The notes below the pieces were generated by a model that saw only the letters and a program-made list of their open reading frames with translations, was not told the DNA's origin and searched no databases. The position numbers and the translations under genes are program-made. A stretch of 64,000 bases of DNA from Octopus bimaculoides (Eukaryota): positions 27,978,234 through 28,042,233 of the forward strand of contig NC_069003.1 of assembly GCF_001194135.2 (NCBI RefSeq), written 5' to 3'. Positions 13,357 through 26,492 of this stretch are shown one piece after another. How positions within the stretch are numbered: the stretch's first letter is position 1; each line of letters starts with the position of its first letter.

Positions 13357-13865
13357 TTGTTACTAGATCATAAATTTGGTATGTAGGACTACCTTATCCA
13401 ATGTGTCTCTCATATACGAGACAGAATAATGTGAATCAAAAGTCATTTGGTTGCTCTTAGTGATTTAGCTGGTTGAGCAAATGCATACAGACACCGATGT
13501 TGAGTAGTTGTGTGTTTAGTAGCCAGGCTGGTCAATGAGATTCCATTGAAAAAGGTTAATGAGAAGTTTCTTGTCTTATATTAAGTATAAATCTGTGTGT
13601 ATGACCTACACATTAATGAGAGCAAGTGGAAGGAAAGATATCCAATAATTTAAGCAGAATATAATAATCTAATTTGGTTAGCTGGAACCAAACTGGTTAA
13701 AAGTGTCAGTTTCAACCAGGAGTAAACACCTGTACCTTCAATCAGTCATTTTAATCAAAATGGTTGATTGAAGACACAGATGCTTACACTGTGTTGAAAC
13801 TGACACTTTCTGTCCATTTGATTATGACCAAGTGAATCTCTCTCTCTCTATCTTTCTCTGTTTGA

Positions 13866-13923
<58 letters not shown>

Positions 13924-14417
13924 TAATTTTAATGCTTGTATATAAGTAAATATTAAATATATGTACATATTCAGTGTGAATGTATGACTAGTTCTTGCTT
14001 GAACACGTCTTCTGACATATATTTAATGAAACCCTTCTTAATATTCAAAAGCTGATTGGAATTAAAGGTAAACCATGAAATTGAATGGAGACAGTTTTAT
14101 AGGTTGACTGAAACATTATATACTACTTGCTTCTCTCTGTACCACCAAGGATCTAGTTCTATACGACAAGACAAGTCAATCAGCAACACATCTTTTATTG
14201 TTTACTTGTTTCAGTCATTAGACTGCAGCCATGCGGGAGCATTTCCTTGAAGAAATTTTTGTCAAATAAATCAACCCCAGTACATTTTGATTTTAAGCCT
14301 GATATTTATTCTATTGGTCACTTTTACTGAACTGCAAAGTTTCAAGGAATAAACACACCAACACTAGTTGTCAAGTAGTTGTAGTGGTGGTGGCAAACAC
14401 AGGTACAAAAACACACT

Positions 14418-14453
<36 letters not shown>

Positions 14454-15220
14454 TATATATAAGTCAGTAAATAGTGGGGTTGTGTTAACCGCACGTGGAG
14501 AAATAATAGGAAAATGAAAAATAATAATAAGGCAGAATGCTAAACTGGAAGCATATTTTAATAAAGATTTCTAACCGGCTTTCATTCCATAGCAAATTTT
14601 CAAGAAGAGGGAGAATGAAAATGTTTGTTACAAAGAAGTACAAAATGAAGAAAATAATATATAANNNNNNNNNNNNNNNNNNNNNNNNNNNNNNNNNNNN
14701 NNNNNNNNNNNNNNNNNNNNNNNNNNNNNNNNNNNNNNNNNNNNNNNNNNNNNNNNNNNNNNNNNNNNNNNNNNNNNNNNNNNNNNNNNNNNNNNNNNNN
14801 NNNNNNNNNNNNNNNNNNNNNNNNNNNNNNNNNNNNNNNNNNNNNNNNNNNNNNNNNNNNNNNNNNNNNNNNNNNNNNNNNNNNNNNNNNNNNNNNNNNN
14901 NNNNNNNNNNNNNNNNNNNNNNNNNNNNNNNNNNNNNNNNNNNNNNNNNNNNNNNNNNNNNNNNNNNNNNNNNNNNNNNNNNNNNNNNNNNNNNNNNNNN
15001 NNNNNNNNNNNNNNNNNNNNNNNNNNNNNNNNNNNNNNNNNNNNNNNNNNNNNNNNNNNNNNNNNNNNNNNNNNNNNNNNNNNNNNNNNNNNNNNNNNNN
15101 NNNNNNNNNNNNNNNNNNNNNNNNNNNNNNNNNNNNNNNNNNNNNNNNNNNNNNNNNNNNNNNNNNNNNNNNNNNNNNNNNNNNNNNNNNNNNNNNNNNN
15201 NNNNNNNTATATATATGATA

Positions 15221-15365
15221 GACTTCTTTCAGCTTCCATCTACCAAATCCATTCACCAAGGCTTTGGTCAACCCAAAGCTATAGTAGAAGACATTTGCCT
15301 AATAGCAAATGACCCTGGAACCATGTGGTTGGAAGCATGCTTCTTACCACACAGCCATGTCTGCA
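15221..15365 (-). mobile_element. SINE family A head module
   Basis: ttctttcagcttccatctaccaaatccattcaccaaggctttggtca...gctatagtagaagacatttgcc...ccatgtggttggaagcatgcttcttaccacacagcc. Further copies lie at about 4395, 11405, 12870, 29545, 30270, 41595(+), 42865(+), 44700, 47780(+), 61170 and 63795(+). Confidence 0.85.
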
Positions 15366-16568
15366 CCTATATATATTTGTGTGTGTGTGTGTGTGTGTTT
15401 GTGTGTAGGCTTGGCTTGGGCATACCTTTTATTATAGCTCTAGAATGACCAAAGCTTTGTGAATGGATTAGATAAATGGAAACTGAGAGAAACTCAGTTT
15501 GTGTATAGCCAGCTGGAGATGATGTCTCCTGGGGCTAAATAACAGCAACATTAGTCCTAAACCAGGACTGCCATTTTATGTTGGCAAACAATCTTTACTA
15601 CAGAGTACTGTTGCTGAATATTTCACGTTGTGAGATTTGAAAATAGTAATTTTCTAATTTATAAAGCTCAGATGGTTATACAAAAGCTAGTCAGGACTAA
15701 GCTGGAGTTAAAACAGAGTAGAAAGTGACAATGGCATGGATTTAAGATGGATTTCAGTTTGCTAGGAAGTGACCCATGTACTTGGTTTCATGACCTTCAT
15801 CTGAGGCGCATAAAGAATGAGACATGCAGGATCCAGTTACAAAACTGCAACAGACCGCCACTGGTCCAGTTATAAGTTTGGGTGGTGCCTTCTGTTGCAT
15901 GTCTGTCATATGCAGTCCTCTTCATCTGCAGGTTCAAGAGTTGAGATCTGTTGCAATCATCATTAAACAACAATAGCAATTGGCTAGTTTCTCACCTGTG
16001 ACCACACTGTGAAGAATGTATTTTCTTAGGGTTGGATATTCTGTAAAATTATTCAAGTCTGAGTGGTAATGATTTAGTTGAACTATTTTAATATGTTTAA
16101 TACTTTTAGTGATTTATGTAGAATCTCTGTGATTGAATTAGATGTATAATGGGAAGAAGTATGGTAATGATGAGGATATATTCCATATTAATTTTACAAA
16201 ACTTTGTACCAAAAAGTTTAGTTAATTTGCCAAATTGAACACGACATGAAATACAATCCACTTCCATCAAAGCAATTACTTGTAATATTTCACTTTAACG
16301 TATTAATTATTTACATATTCTCTGATTAATTAGAAAATCTCTAGTTTTTATTGTTATAAGTTGGATATTGTCTGGTGATTATATAACCTATTTCTCCATT
16401 CTATTGCTGTTATTTTCTTTATTCCTTTGATATATTCCCAGGAAATTATTACTGAAATATGAAAATATTAGAGATTGTTTTAATTGATTTCAATATTAAC
16501 AGAATTCACATTCGTTTTCCCTCCATCTATTTGTCTATCTAATATAATAAATTGCACACTGCTGTTGC

Positions 16569-16610
<42 letters not shown>

Positions 16611-17817
16611 CAACACCACCTTTCATATTTGAATTAATCCCAGTAGAGTTATTGCTTGATATGTTGAAAATCAATTTGGCCTCTTAGTCTTTCACCTTTT
16701 TGGATGGCATATTGTAAAATTGAACATTCTGTTATATTTTAACATCAAGTCAGCTTCATAATCTTCTCTTACTTGGCAATATATTAATCCAATTACTAAT
16801 CTAAAGTCTATTTTAGAATCTAAAAATAAGAAATTTTTACATTTGTTCACCTCTGGCTTATACACTGTAATCAATCCTTTTATAATCCAGGAATCATAGC
16901 ATCTGTACTATAATTACATACAAACTTATAAGAAGTCTGGGAAGTGGTCGAATGGTTCTTTGTTATTACTCATTGTTTAATCCCAATGTCAACAAAAATC
17001 TAGCCATAGAAATCCCACCTTTTTGGGTTCATTAAACTGATTTATCTAATGGACTTTTTTTTATTAATTTAAGAGGACGGATTGTGTATGAAAGAAATTT
17101 AGCTGCTCTTTTTAGGTGGTTGAGTAACTACTCATGAGCTTTCTCATTAGCTCAAGGTAATAGCTGCTTCAGCACAAATAATATTTGCAACATGTTTTAT
17201 ATTAGCTGCTTCATGTTCAAAGTGTAATTTTAAGCTTGTAATTTACAATATGATTTACCAACTTATGCAGTTAATATGCAGAGGCTTCATTTCAATGACT
17301 TCTTAATTGAAACTAAATAAATGTTTAAGATTTGGTAGTAAATTTAAACTAAAATCTAATATATTTTGCATCATGTTTAAATAACTCACTTTATTTCATG
17401 TATAAAAATTGAAAGATTTATTTTCTCTCTGCTAAGGAGAAAGTCAAGCATGAAGGCATGGTTAAGAAGCTAGTTTCACAGCTACATGCCTTCATGTTCC
17501 AACTCACTGCTTGACTCTTAAGTCAAGTTTCTTCTACCATAGTGTTGGATTTTTGTATGTTAAAATTGTGCAGAAGTGCATCAGAAGAACAGTTCCTTTC
17601 ATTTGTTATAGAACCACTAAATATTTCTATTTCAATAATAAACATCTTAAAGAGGTTTCTTTTACTGACATCTTTTTAATTTATTTATGAAATTTCATTG
17701 GAAAAATAAGATCCAGACCTGGATTATTCCAAAACAAAGATATGAATATGAATTTTTAAAATGTGCATGTGTCTGTATACCCTGCTCCTCCTCCACACAT
17801 ACACACAATATATATAC

Positions 17818-17891
<74 letters not shown>

Positions 17892-17935
17892 TTTATCTGT
17901 TTTAGTCAGTATACATACACATACATACATACATA

Positions 17936-19034
17936 CAGGAGTTGGACAAAATAATGGTAGCACCTTAAAATTTCAAACAAATTTATTTTGATATGGGGTG
18001 TGGATTCGTACAAAGTTTGAATTGTTTCCAAAGGAATTTTTGTCCATTCCTCAGCTAAAACAATCTCCAGTTCTTCTAGAGATGATGGTAGAGGATATTG
18101 ACTCATTACTTATTTTTCTAAAATGCACCATAGATTTTCAGTAATATTGAGATCTGGGGACTGTGGTGATCAGATAAGATGTTCAATTTCACTAGAATGT
18201 TCCTCGTGCCATTCAGTAACAACTTTAATTGTATGAATTGGTGCATTAACATCCTGAAAGATTGCGTTTTCAAAACCATTGGGCCATCAGATTTCCACGA
18301 TATAGCCCCCTAGATCATGACAGATCCTCCTCCAAGTTTAACAGTTGGAAGAAGGCAGTTTGGGTCAAATGCTTCTTTTGGCTGTCTCCACACATATACT
18401 CGGCTGATGCTTGGAAATAGGGTAAAGAATGACTCATCTGAGAAAATGACATTCTCCACTCTAAATGTTTTGCAATGTTTATTTTTGGAGATAGTGGTTT
18501 TCTGATTGCAGCCCTCCCATGAAATCCAGTGTTGTGTGCAGCTCCCGGTGAACAGGTTTTGTGGAAACTGGGTTCTCGAAGTGGTCATTAAGCTCTGCAG
18601 AAGTTTTGGGAGCTGTACTTTTGTGATACTTTCTAACAATTCATGTAAGAGTCCAACGGTCTCTATCTGAAAGTTTTGGTTTTCTTTTCTTCCAGAGTTT
18701 TGTTTTGACGAGGAGGTTTTTTCCCTCTTTCCCAAAGGCTGTCATTACTTTCGAGACAGAACTTCATGATACACCAAACATTTCGGCTGTTTTCGTTACG
18801 CTAGTGCCTGCTATACAAGCACCAAGAATTTAACCTCTTTGAAACTCCGATAGATCTGTCATTTTAATTACCTTTTTCTGATGATATTTGAAAAGAAACA
18901 GTAATTTTAGCAAAACATATTAAGCAACACTGATAATAAATAAAAAAAACATGAAAATAAACAAGCTTTTGACAATTTTATAGATATTTCAAAATTATGA
19001 TGCTAGGTGTTTCCATTATTTTGTCCAACCCCTG
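17936..19034 (-). mobile_element. Tc1-family DNA transposon fossil with both TIRs
   Basis: 30-bp TIRs caggagttggacaaaataatggtagcacct and caggggttggacaaaataatggaaacacct (3 mismatches), TA at the left end. Minus-strand fragments DLSEFQRG..., SDESFFTLFPSISRVYVWRQPKEAFDPNCLLPTVKLGGGSVMI are diagnostic of Tc1 transposase. Multiple stops, frameshifts and an internal deletion. Confidence 0.92.
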
Positions 19035-19035
19035 A

Positions 19036-19069
<34 letters not shown>

Positions 19070-19489
19070 CCAACCCCTGTGTATATGTGTGTGTGTATAT
19101 ACTTATATATATATATATATGTATTACGGAGATGTACTTGCATAGCAAGTGACCTGATCTGAGATCGTGTGCTGGAACGAAAACAATTGCTGCGTGGAAG
19201 GTGTTTATAAGCCATTTAAAATAACACACAAAATCCGTTAGATTCACTTCAACATTTAAATTTTGATAGACATAGCTGAAATGATGTACCCTGCTTAAAG
19301 ACGTAATTTAGTGCCACTGACAGTTTAAACTCATAGAGCTTGAATCAATAATCTAGTACCCTAATAGCTCATCTGCTGCGCCTCTTATTGATTTTCAAAA
19401 GGTAACGTCTCCAGCCTACAGCAGTGCCATGAAGTATTAGTATTTATGTGACGTGTTATGTGTGTCATGTATGTATAGCATAAATTGTA

Positions 19490-19760
19490 TCTGTTTGTCT
19501 GGCATCTTGTGTACATTCTTGTAGTACGTCTGGCAACTTGTGTTAAACATGTCATTTAGGTATGTGTGTGTGTGTGGAGGAGGGTGCATATTCTTTTAGT
19601 GTTTCTGTCAACTTGTGTTAAATGTCATTTAAATGTGTGTGTGAGAGAAAGAAAGAGAGAGATGGGGAGTACATGTTTTCTGTCAGTATATCAAGCATCT
19701 TATGTTAAACATGTCATTTAGGTGTGTGTGAGTGTATATTTTATCACTGTATCTGAATTG

Positions 19761-19842
<82 letters not shown>

Positions 19843-20655
19843 ACATTTTATCAGCATATCTAGCAACTTGTGTTAAATGTGTCATTTAAGTGTATATAAT
19901 AATAATTATTATTATTATTATTATTATCCTTTCTACTATAGGCATAGGGCCTGAAATTTTGGGGAAGGGGACTAATCGATTAACTCAACCCCAGTGTTTC
20001 TCTGGTACTTAATTTATTGACACTGCAAAGATGAAAGGCAATGTCAACCTCGGTGGCATTTGAACTCAGAACGTACAGATAGACAAAGTACCACCAGGCA
20101 TTTTTCCCAGTGCACTAATGATTCTGCCAGCTCACCACCTTATGTAATAATAATAATAATAATAATAATGAACGTATTGTATACAGTGCCCAGGTGAACT
20201 ACAACTCAACAGAAAAAGTAACCAAAACTGCATGAACAGTCCATAGAATATGCACAGGAAGTGAACAGTGAAAAAGGAAGAAGAAACGGGGTGTGGGGCA
20301 TCAGGTGTATTGTTGTGATGTGTGTATGTGGGGGGGGGGTTGTATATGTGTACATTTTATCAGTATATCTGGCAACTTGTGCTTAACATGTCATTTAAGT
20401 GTGTGCATGTATATACATGTGTGTGTGTGTACATTTTATCAGTACATCTGGCAACTTGTGTTAAAATGTCATTTAAGTGTGTATGTGTATTTTATTTACA
20501 TATGGTAAATTGTGTTAAACATGCCAATCAGGTGTGTATATATGTGTTTCATCCTATCAATACATCTGATTTAAACACATCTGGCAAATATATATGTGTA
20601 TATGTGATGCATTTTATCAGAACATCTGGCAGTTTGCATTAAACATGCCATACAA

Positions 20656-20698
<43 letters not shown>

Positions 20699-20740
20699 TG
20701 TATGTATGTATTCTAGCTATACATCTGACAACTTCACTTA
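19490..20740. repeat. Degenerate tandem array: 45-50 bp core (tacattttatcagtatatctggcaacttgtgttaaacatgtcatttaag) with variable (TG)/(TA) spacers
   Basis: About 10-12 recognisable cores, e.g. near 19530, 19605, 19691, 19860, 20369, 20448, 20501 and 20626. Confidence 0.85.
19915..20142 (-). mobile_element. SINE family B inserted in the tandem array
   Basis: Full-length reverse-complement copy with (ATT)n on the left and (TAA)n on the right. Confidence 0.85.
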
Positions 20741-21517
20741 TATCACTGCATTTCTTATACACTATATTAGAATGATATATAACAGTCTGAAACAATCCAG
20801 TTTGTTTAGAATTGACTACAGGAGATTAGTTTGGTTAAGCTGTCTTCAATAAGTTATTTATACTAAGTTGATAGCTGTCCAGTTGATTCTGTCTAGATCT
20901 TGGCATTAAGCTTCTTTTTTTTTTTTTTTTTTTTACTATTTAACAATGGACTCTGGCACCGATACTGCTATCACATTCTGTTTGGTGTAACATAATGCAT
21001 TGCTTAAATAAACTTATCTAACCCAGATAGACAGGAACAAAATCACATTAAAATGAACCATCAAGGCAGCTTGTATATGACAACTCAAACCTGCTAAAAA
21101 TAACAACTGCATCTCCCTCAAATCACATCCTACACGCTTTTTTTTTGTTAAAAAAGATATGTTGAATGATGTAGCCTGTGCTATATCATGTCTGAAGAGA
21201 TGAGATCTTTTACACATATCAGTCATTAGATTGCAGACCAACAAATGGACTCCAGTACTTTTAAGTTTGATACCTATTCTATCAGTCACTGTTGCTGAAC
21301 TGCTAAGTAATGGAGATGTAAACAAACCAACATCAATCGTCAAATTGTAGTAGGAACAGCAAACAGAAGTCAAACACAAAGACATTTGTTGTACATGTTA
21401 TATATTCATGGTGACAACATGATGCAAGATTGGTTATAACGAAAATCAATGAAACAATTGTAAACAATAAACACAATTTACAAACTCCATTCTTTGATAT
21501 ATTTTTAATTATACACA

Positions 21518-21580
<63 letters not shown>

Positions 21581-22480
21581 GACAGGTTTCCTAACATCTT
21601 CCTCAACCAAATTCATTCAAAGGTATCAGTTAACTTGGGGCTAAGGAGATGTTTAATTATAAGTCTGCCCATTCAGTGTTGACCTAGGGCTAAACAATAT
21701 CAATTTACATTAAGAAAAGTATTCATCTCATTTCAGTGAATTGAGAGAGGGGGTGTTTTTCTTTTTTAATAAGCACAGCCAATTCCTCCAAACCAAACAA
21801 ATAAAAAAAGACAAATAAAAACTAAAAAAAAGAACATAATTTAGTCAAATGCCATCAATATATCAAAGTGTATTTTTAAAACAATTGTAAGCTTTGTATT
21901 AACTTGGCCTACATTTCTAAGAGATAACACAATGTATAGATTCTATTAAAAAGTGTAATTTACAAAGATTTTATAGATTTTTTTCAAAAAAAAAAAAGAA
22001 AATTACAATTTGGTTTTTATGTATTAACTATCTGCTATTAACAAGCATAAATCAATATATATTTAGAAAAATTTGAAATTTTCTTTTCAACAAATTCATC
22101 AATCAAAACTCCATTACTTTTGTCCCTTTCTCAATAAAGTTTCAATCATGGTAAGCTCTGTTTGATTTTAATTTACTATTTATTCATATGCTGTCATTCA
22201 AAAAAATATTTTTGAGGCCATATATATGGAAAACAAATATGTGTCCATTTAGTTTACTTTGGACAAAAGCCTCATGATGAGCTCTTAAAAATTCTATGCT
22301 TCTTGTCAGCTATCACCTGTTAATTCCATCTCCCAGGATAATACAATGGTATGGGTATACACACATGGATCTTCTTTCAATTTAGGATAAATATAATAAT
22401 AATAATAATTATTATTATTATCATATTGTTATATATATCTGGATATATATTATATATATGTATGTATGTGTGTATGTATG

Positions 22481-22516
<36 letters not shown>

Positions 22517-24329
22517 TGTATGTATGTATGTATGTATATATAAATGTTTGTATATATATATGTGTGTATATATAAATATGTATATATNNNNNNNNNNNNN
22601 NNNNNNNNNNNNNNNNNNNNNNNNNNNNNNNNNNNNNNNNNNNNNNNNNNNNNNNNNNNNNNNNNNNNNNNNNNNNNNNNNNNNNNNNNNNNNNNNNNNN
22701 NNNNNNNNNNNNNNNNNNNNNNNNNNNNNNNNNNNNNNNNNNNNNNNNNNNNNNNNNNNNNNNNNNNNNNNNNNNNNNNNNNNNNNNNNNNNNNNNNNNN
22801 NNNNNNNNNNNNNNNNNNNNNNNNNNNNNNNNNNNNNNNNNNNNNNNNNNNNNNNNNNNNNNNNNNNNNNNNNNNNNNNNNNNNNNNNNNNNNNNNNNNN
22901 NNNNNNNNNNNNNNNNNNNNNNNNNNNNNNNNNNNNNNNNNNNNNNNNNNNNNNNNNNNNNNNNNNNNNNNNNNNNNNNNNNNNNNNNNNNNNNNNNNNN
23001 NNNNNNNNNNNNNNNNNNNNNNNNNNNNNNNNNNNNNNNNNNNNNNNNNNNNNNNNNNNNNNNNNNNNNNNNNNNNNNNNNNNNNNNNNNNNNNNNNNNN
23101 NNNNNNNNNNNNNNNNNNNNNNCATTAGATTCCTTGGAAGAAAGCAGCGAATGTATACGAAAACAAGGACAGGAAAAAGAAACAGAGAAATGTTACACAA
23201 ATACAAAAGTAATTAATAGGATGATATAACAGGTGTCTTTCAACTAAGGACGAATTAAATTAAGCTGGTGTGTGTGGAAGTAAAGTCTTACAGCATGGTC
23301 ATAGGATTTAACAGGCACAGGGAGGAATATAGACGTTGCATGGATGGTAGTCCCTCCTGTTTCACTTCTATTTTTTTTAGCATAAAACCAATGTTAGCCT
23401 TAATACACAAATAAAGAAATTCTATCCACCAATGTGTTGTTGAGCACTCATTTTCATTGTTCAACATTTACGTAAATATATATATATATATATATTTACG
23501 TAAATATAAATATTTACAGTATCCAACTGTAGAAACCAAGCATAAACAGATGATTGGAGCCTGGTGCAGCTCTCCAGCTTATCAGCTATTGTCAAACAGT
23601 CTAACCCATGCCAGCATGGAAAACAAATGATAAATTATTATGATGAAGAGGTAGTAGTGGTAATGGTTGTTGTTGTTTCAGTTTTCTCAGAACAATTCAT
23701 AAAAAATTTTTGCATCTGATTATATGTATCTGATTAAGGAATCCGATACATATAATTCTACATTACTTTGTTAATTTCTTAATTTGAATTTTAATACAGA
23801 ACAACATTGGTGTACGATGCTAGTGAAAAACCTTATTTTCTCCATGTTTTCATTCCCAAGTGGCATTGACATTTATCCTGACAGTGGAAAATTCTGGAAA
23901 ATGTCATAAATGAATATCAATTGAATCTAACAGATAATGTTAATTAGATTTCTACGGTAGTACTAGAAATGTAGCTGAGAAAAATTGGTTTAGAGAAAAC
24001 AGTCATACATATATAATTCATCACCTATGAGTTAATTAAATATATTTGTGACATTTAATACTTATGTGTTCAGAATCGAAGTACTTTCAGTCTGCTACCT
24101 GTTGGCTTCATTGCAGTTTTCTCTTTCTCATATATAAAATGTTAAATCCATTTTCTTTCTAGTTACTCCCATCCTTTCTTATATAATGCAGTGTAGCCAT
24201 GTTGCTCCTTTAAAGCAAGTCGCCTAGACTTATCACTCAATCATATTTAGCCCGTCAACATCTGAACCACAGCCCGTCCCTCTCAAATATTCTCCCAGCC
24301 ACCTAACTGAGGAGGATTTTTCCTCTTTT

Positions 24330-24720
24330 TCTTATTCTTTCTTGTCTTGCAAATTACTTGGTGATGGGGCAGGCACCACCTTCAAGAATTTAAGTTGAAC
24401 AAATCAATCCATGTACTTAATTTGTTTTGTTTTGTTTTTAAGCCTTACACTTATTTCATAGGTCTATTCTGCTGAACCACTAAGTTACGGGGACATAAAC
24501 ACTCCAGCACCAGTTACCAAGTGATGGTGGTGGTGGCAGGGAAAAGACAAACACACACTCACACACACACACAAATGTAATGGGCTTCTTTCAATTTCTG
24601 TTAACCAAATCAACTCACAAGTCTTTGGTCTGTTCGGGGCTATAGTGGAAGACACTTGCCTAGTGCCATGCAGTGAGATTGAACCCAGAACCATGTGGTT
24701 GTGAAGTAAACTTACCACAC
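24330..24720 (-). mobile_element. Composite SINE family A (head module + internal microsatellite + second module)
   Basis: Same bipartite layout as 32540-32930. Confidence 0.75.
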
Positions 24721-26492
24721 AGGATAGTCACAACTGGAATGTCTTTAATAACACTGTTTTTTAAGATGATTTTTGTCCTTGGGTAGCAACTTTATTTCCT
24801 ATTTGTTTACCCCTAGAAAGTATGAAAAATGGCTACTATTTACTCCAAAATTAGCTTTTGTTACATTTATTCAAACCCCACAAAATTCCCCCTCAACACG
24901 ATCTATGATGCTTTCCTACTACTCCTGCTCATGATCAGAGATGCACATATTGTCAGCCACTAAGCAACATGCTCAAGTGGTTATGGTCAAGCAACTGACT
25001 AACAAATCTGTGGTATTGAGCAGAATATTTGCTATAATGATATTTCTGCTTCAGCAACTCAGCACTAAATCTGTCTGAAATGTAATGGAAAATTAGTCAG
25101 TTTCAAAACATTGATGTCCAGGTTACAAAAGCAAAGTTTGAAGGGAATAGTAGTCATTTCCTTTGACTTCTAGAAAGAAGCAAATAGGAAATAGCACATA
25201 CTGACCAAAGACAAAAAAAAAAAATTTTGTTTCACAGTGAAATACATCTGCACTATCAACACTGTTGACCTTCCACTAGTAATCCACCTACTTCATCATT
25301 AGACTTTCCTGTATTTCCTTAATCTGCCTTCTACATTTCCTTTGCTCAAATCTTTTTGACCTAGTATTGATATTTTATAATATATAAGCAGTTTCAGGGG
25401 CATTGAGACTATACATTCTCTCTGTCTCTGTATATATATGTTCGCCAGTCCTCAGTCAAATCGTCCAACCCATGCTAGCATAGAAAGCGGACGTTAAAAG
25501 ATGATGATGATGATGATATATATAAATATATATATATTAATTAATGAATTGCTACATATGCTTTGACCGCCATCTGTGAAGTATTTATTGTTAGTATATT
25601 TATCCTGCACTACACGAAGTACTGCATATATAGCAATCCCATACAGTGAACTTGGCATGTGAATAATATATAGTAGCCAACAACAAGTAGTATAGAGGCT
25701 TTTATGAGTGCAGTGCAAGGCACTTGTCATATACACAATACGAGGATATATATATACATACATATATATACATGAAGTTTAATATCAAATTGTATGCTTA
25801 AAATAACAATATATTTTTGATCATTATATTTACCAAGGCAAGAATGGAAATTTTTAATTTTAATTAACTCTTAATTAAGTATTGATAACCTAACCTAACC
25901 ATATGCTTCATCAATTGTTTCACATTATAAATAAATCAACAACATTTATGATATTGTCGTATCTAATAAACTGACTGAAAAAAAATGTTATATCCTATTC
26001 TAATTGAAATGCAGCATGTTGCAAATGGCATTGCTTTTACTTGAAAATGAAAACTAATAGCCATATTATAAGCTTTAATTACAATATTATTATCAATATT
26101 ATTACACATCACTGTAACATCTAAATAATTAACTATATCCACAGCAACACCAATTTTGTTCACTTCCAGATCACTTGGATATATTCTACCAATTAACAGC
26201 TCAGAGAAAACTAATGGGGAATAAAAATATCACTGATGTATTTAGTTACCTTCATGCTGTTTAACCAAACTCTTTTTTTTTTTTGTCCTCTGCTGGCATA
26301 ATTTATTAAAATCGAAATTACATGAAAATAAATACACAATATACATTGATGGGTGATCTCAAATTAAGAGAGTAAATGTGTTGGTCTGCCTACGGTTTTA
26401 CATGGCTACAAACATAAATACCAATTTCTAATATAAAAATCTTTTTTATCAATCGATGAATCACAATTAGCTCCAATCGTACAATATGTAAC

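Noticed and set aside
19490-20740. CRISPR-like repeat-spacer appearance
   Set aside because: Repeats are degenerate, spacers are microsatellites of variable length, there are no cas genes, and the context is eukaryotic.
8248-23216. Long ORFs of 150-300 aa in the ORF track
   Set aside because: They are made by N gaps and (TA)/(TG) microsatellites.
25887-25900. TAACC repeats as a telomeric seed
   Set aside because: Under three units and not the TTAGGG motif expected for molluscs.
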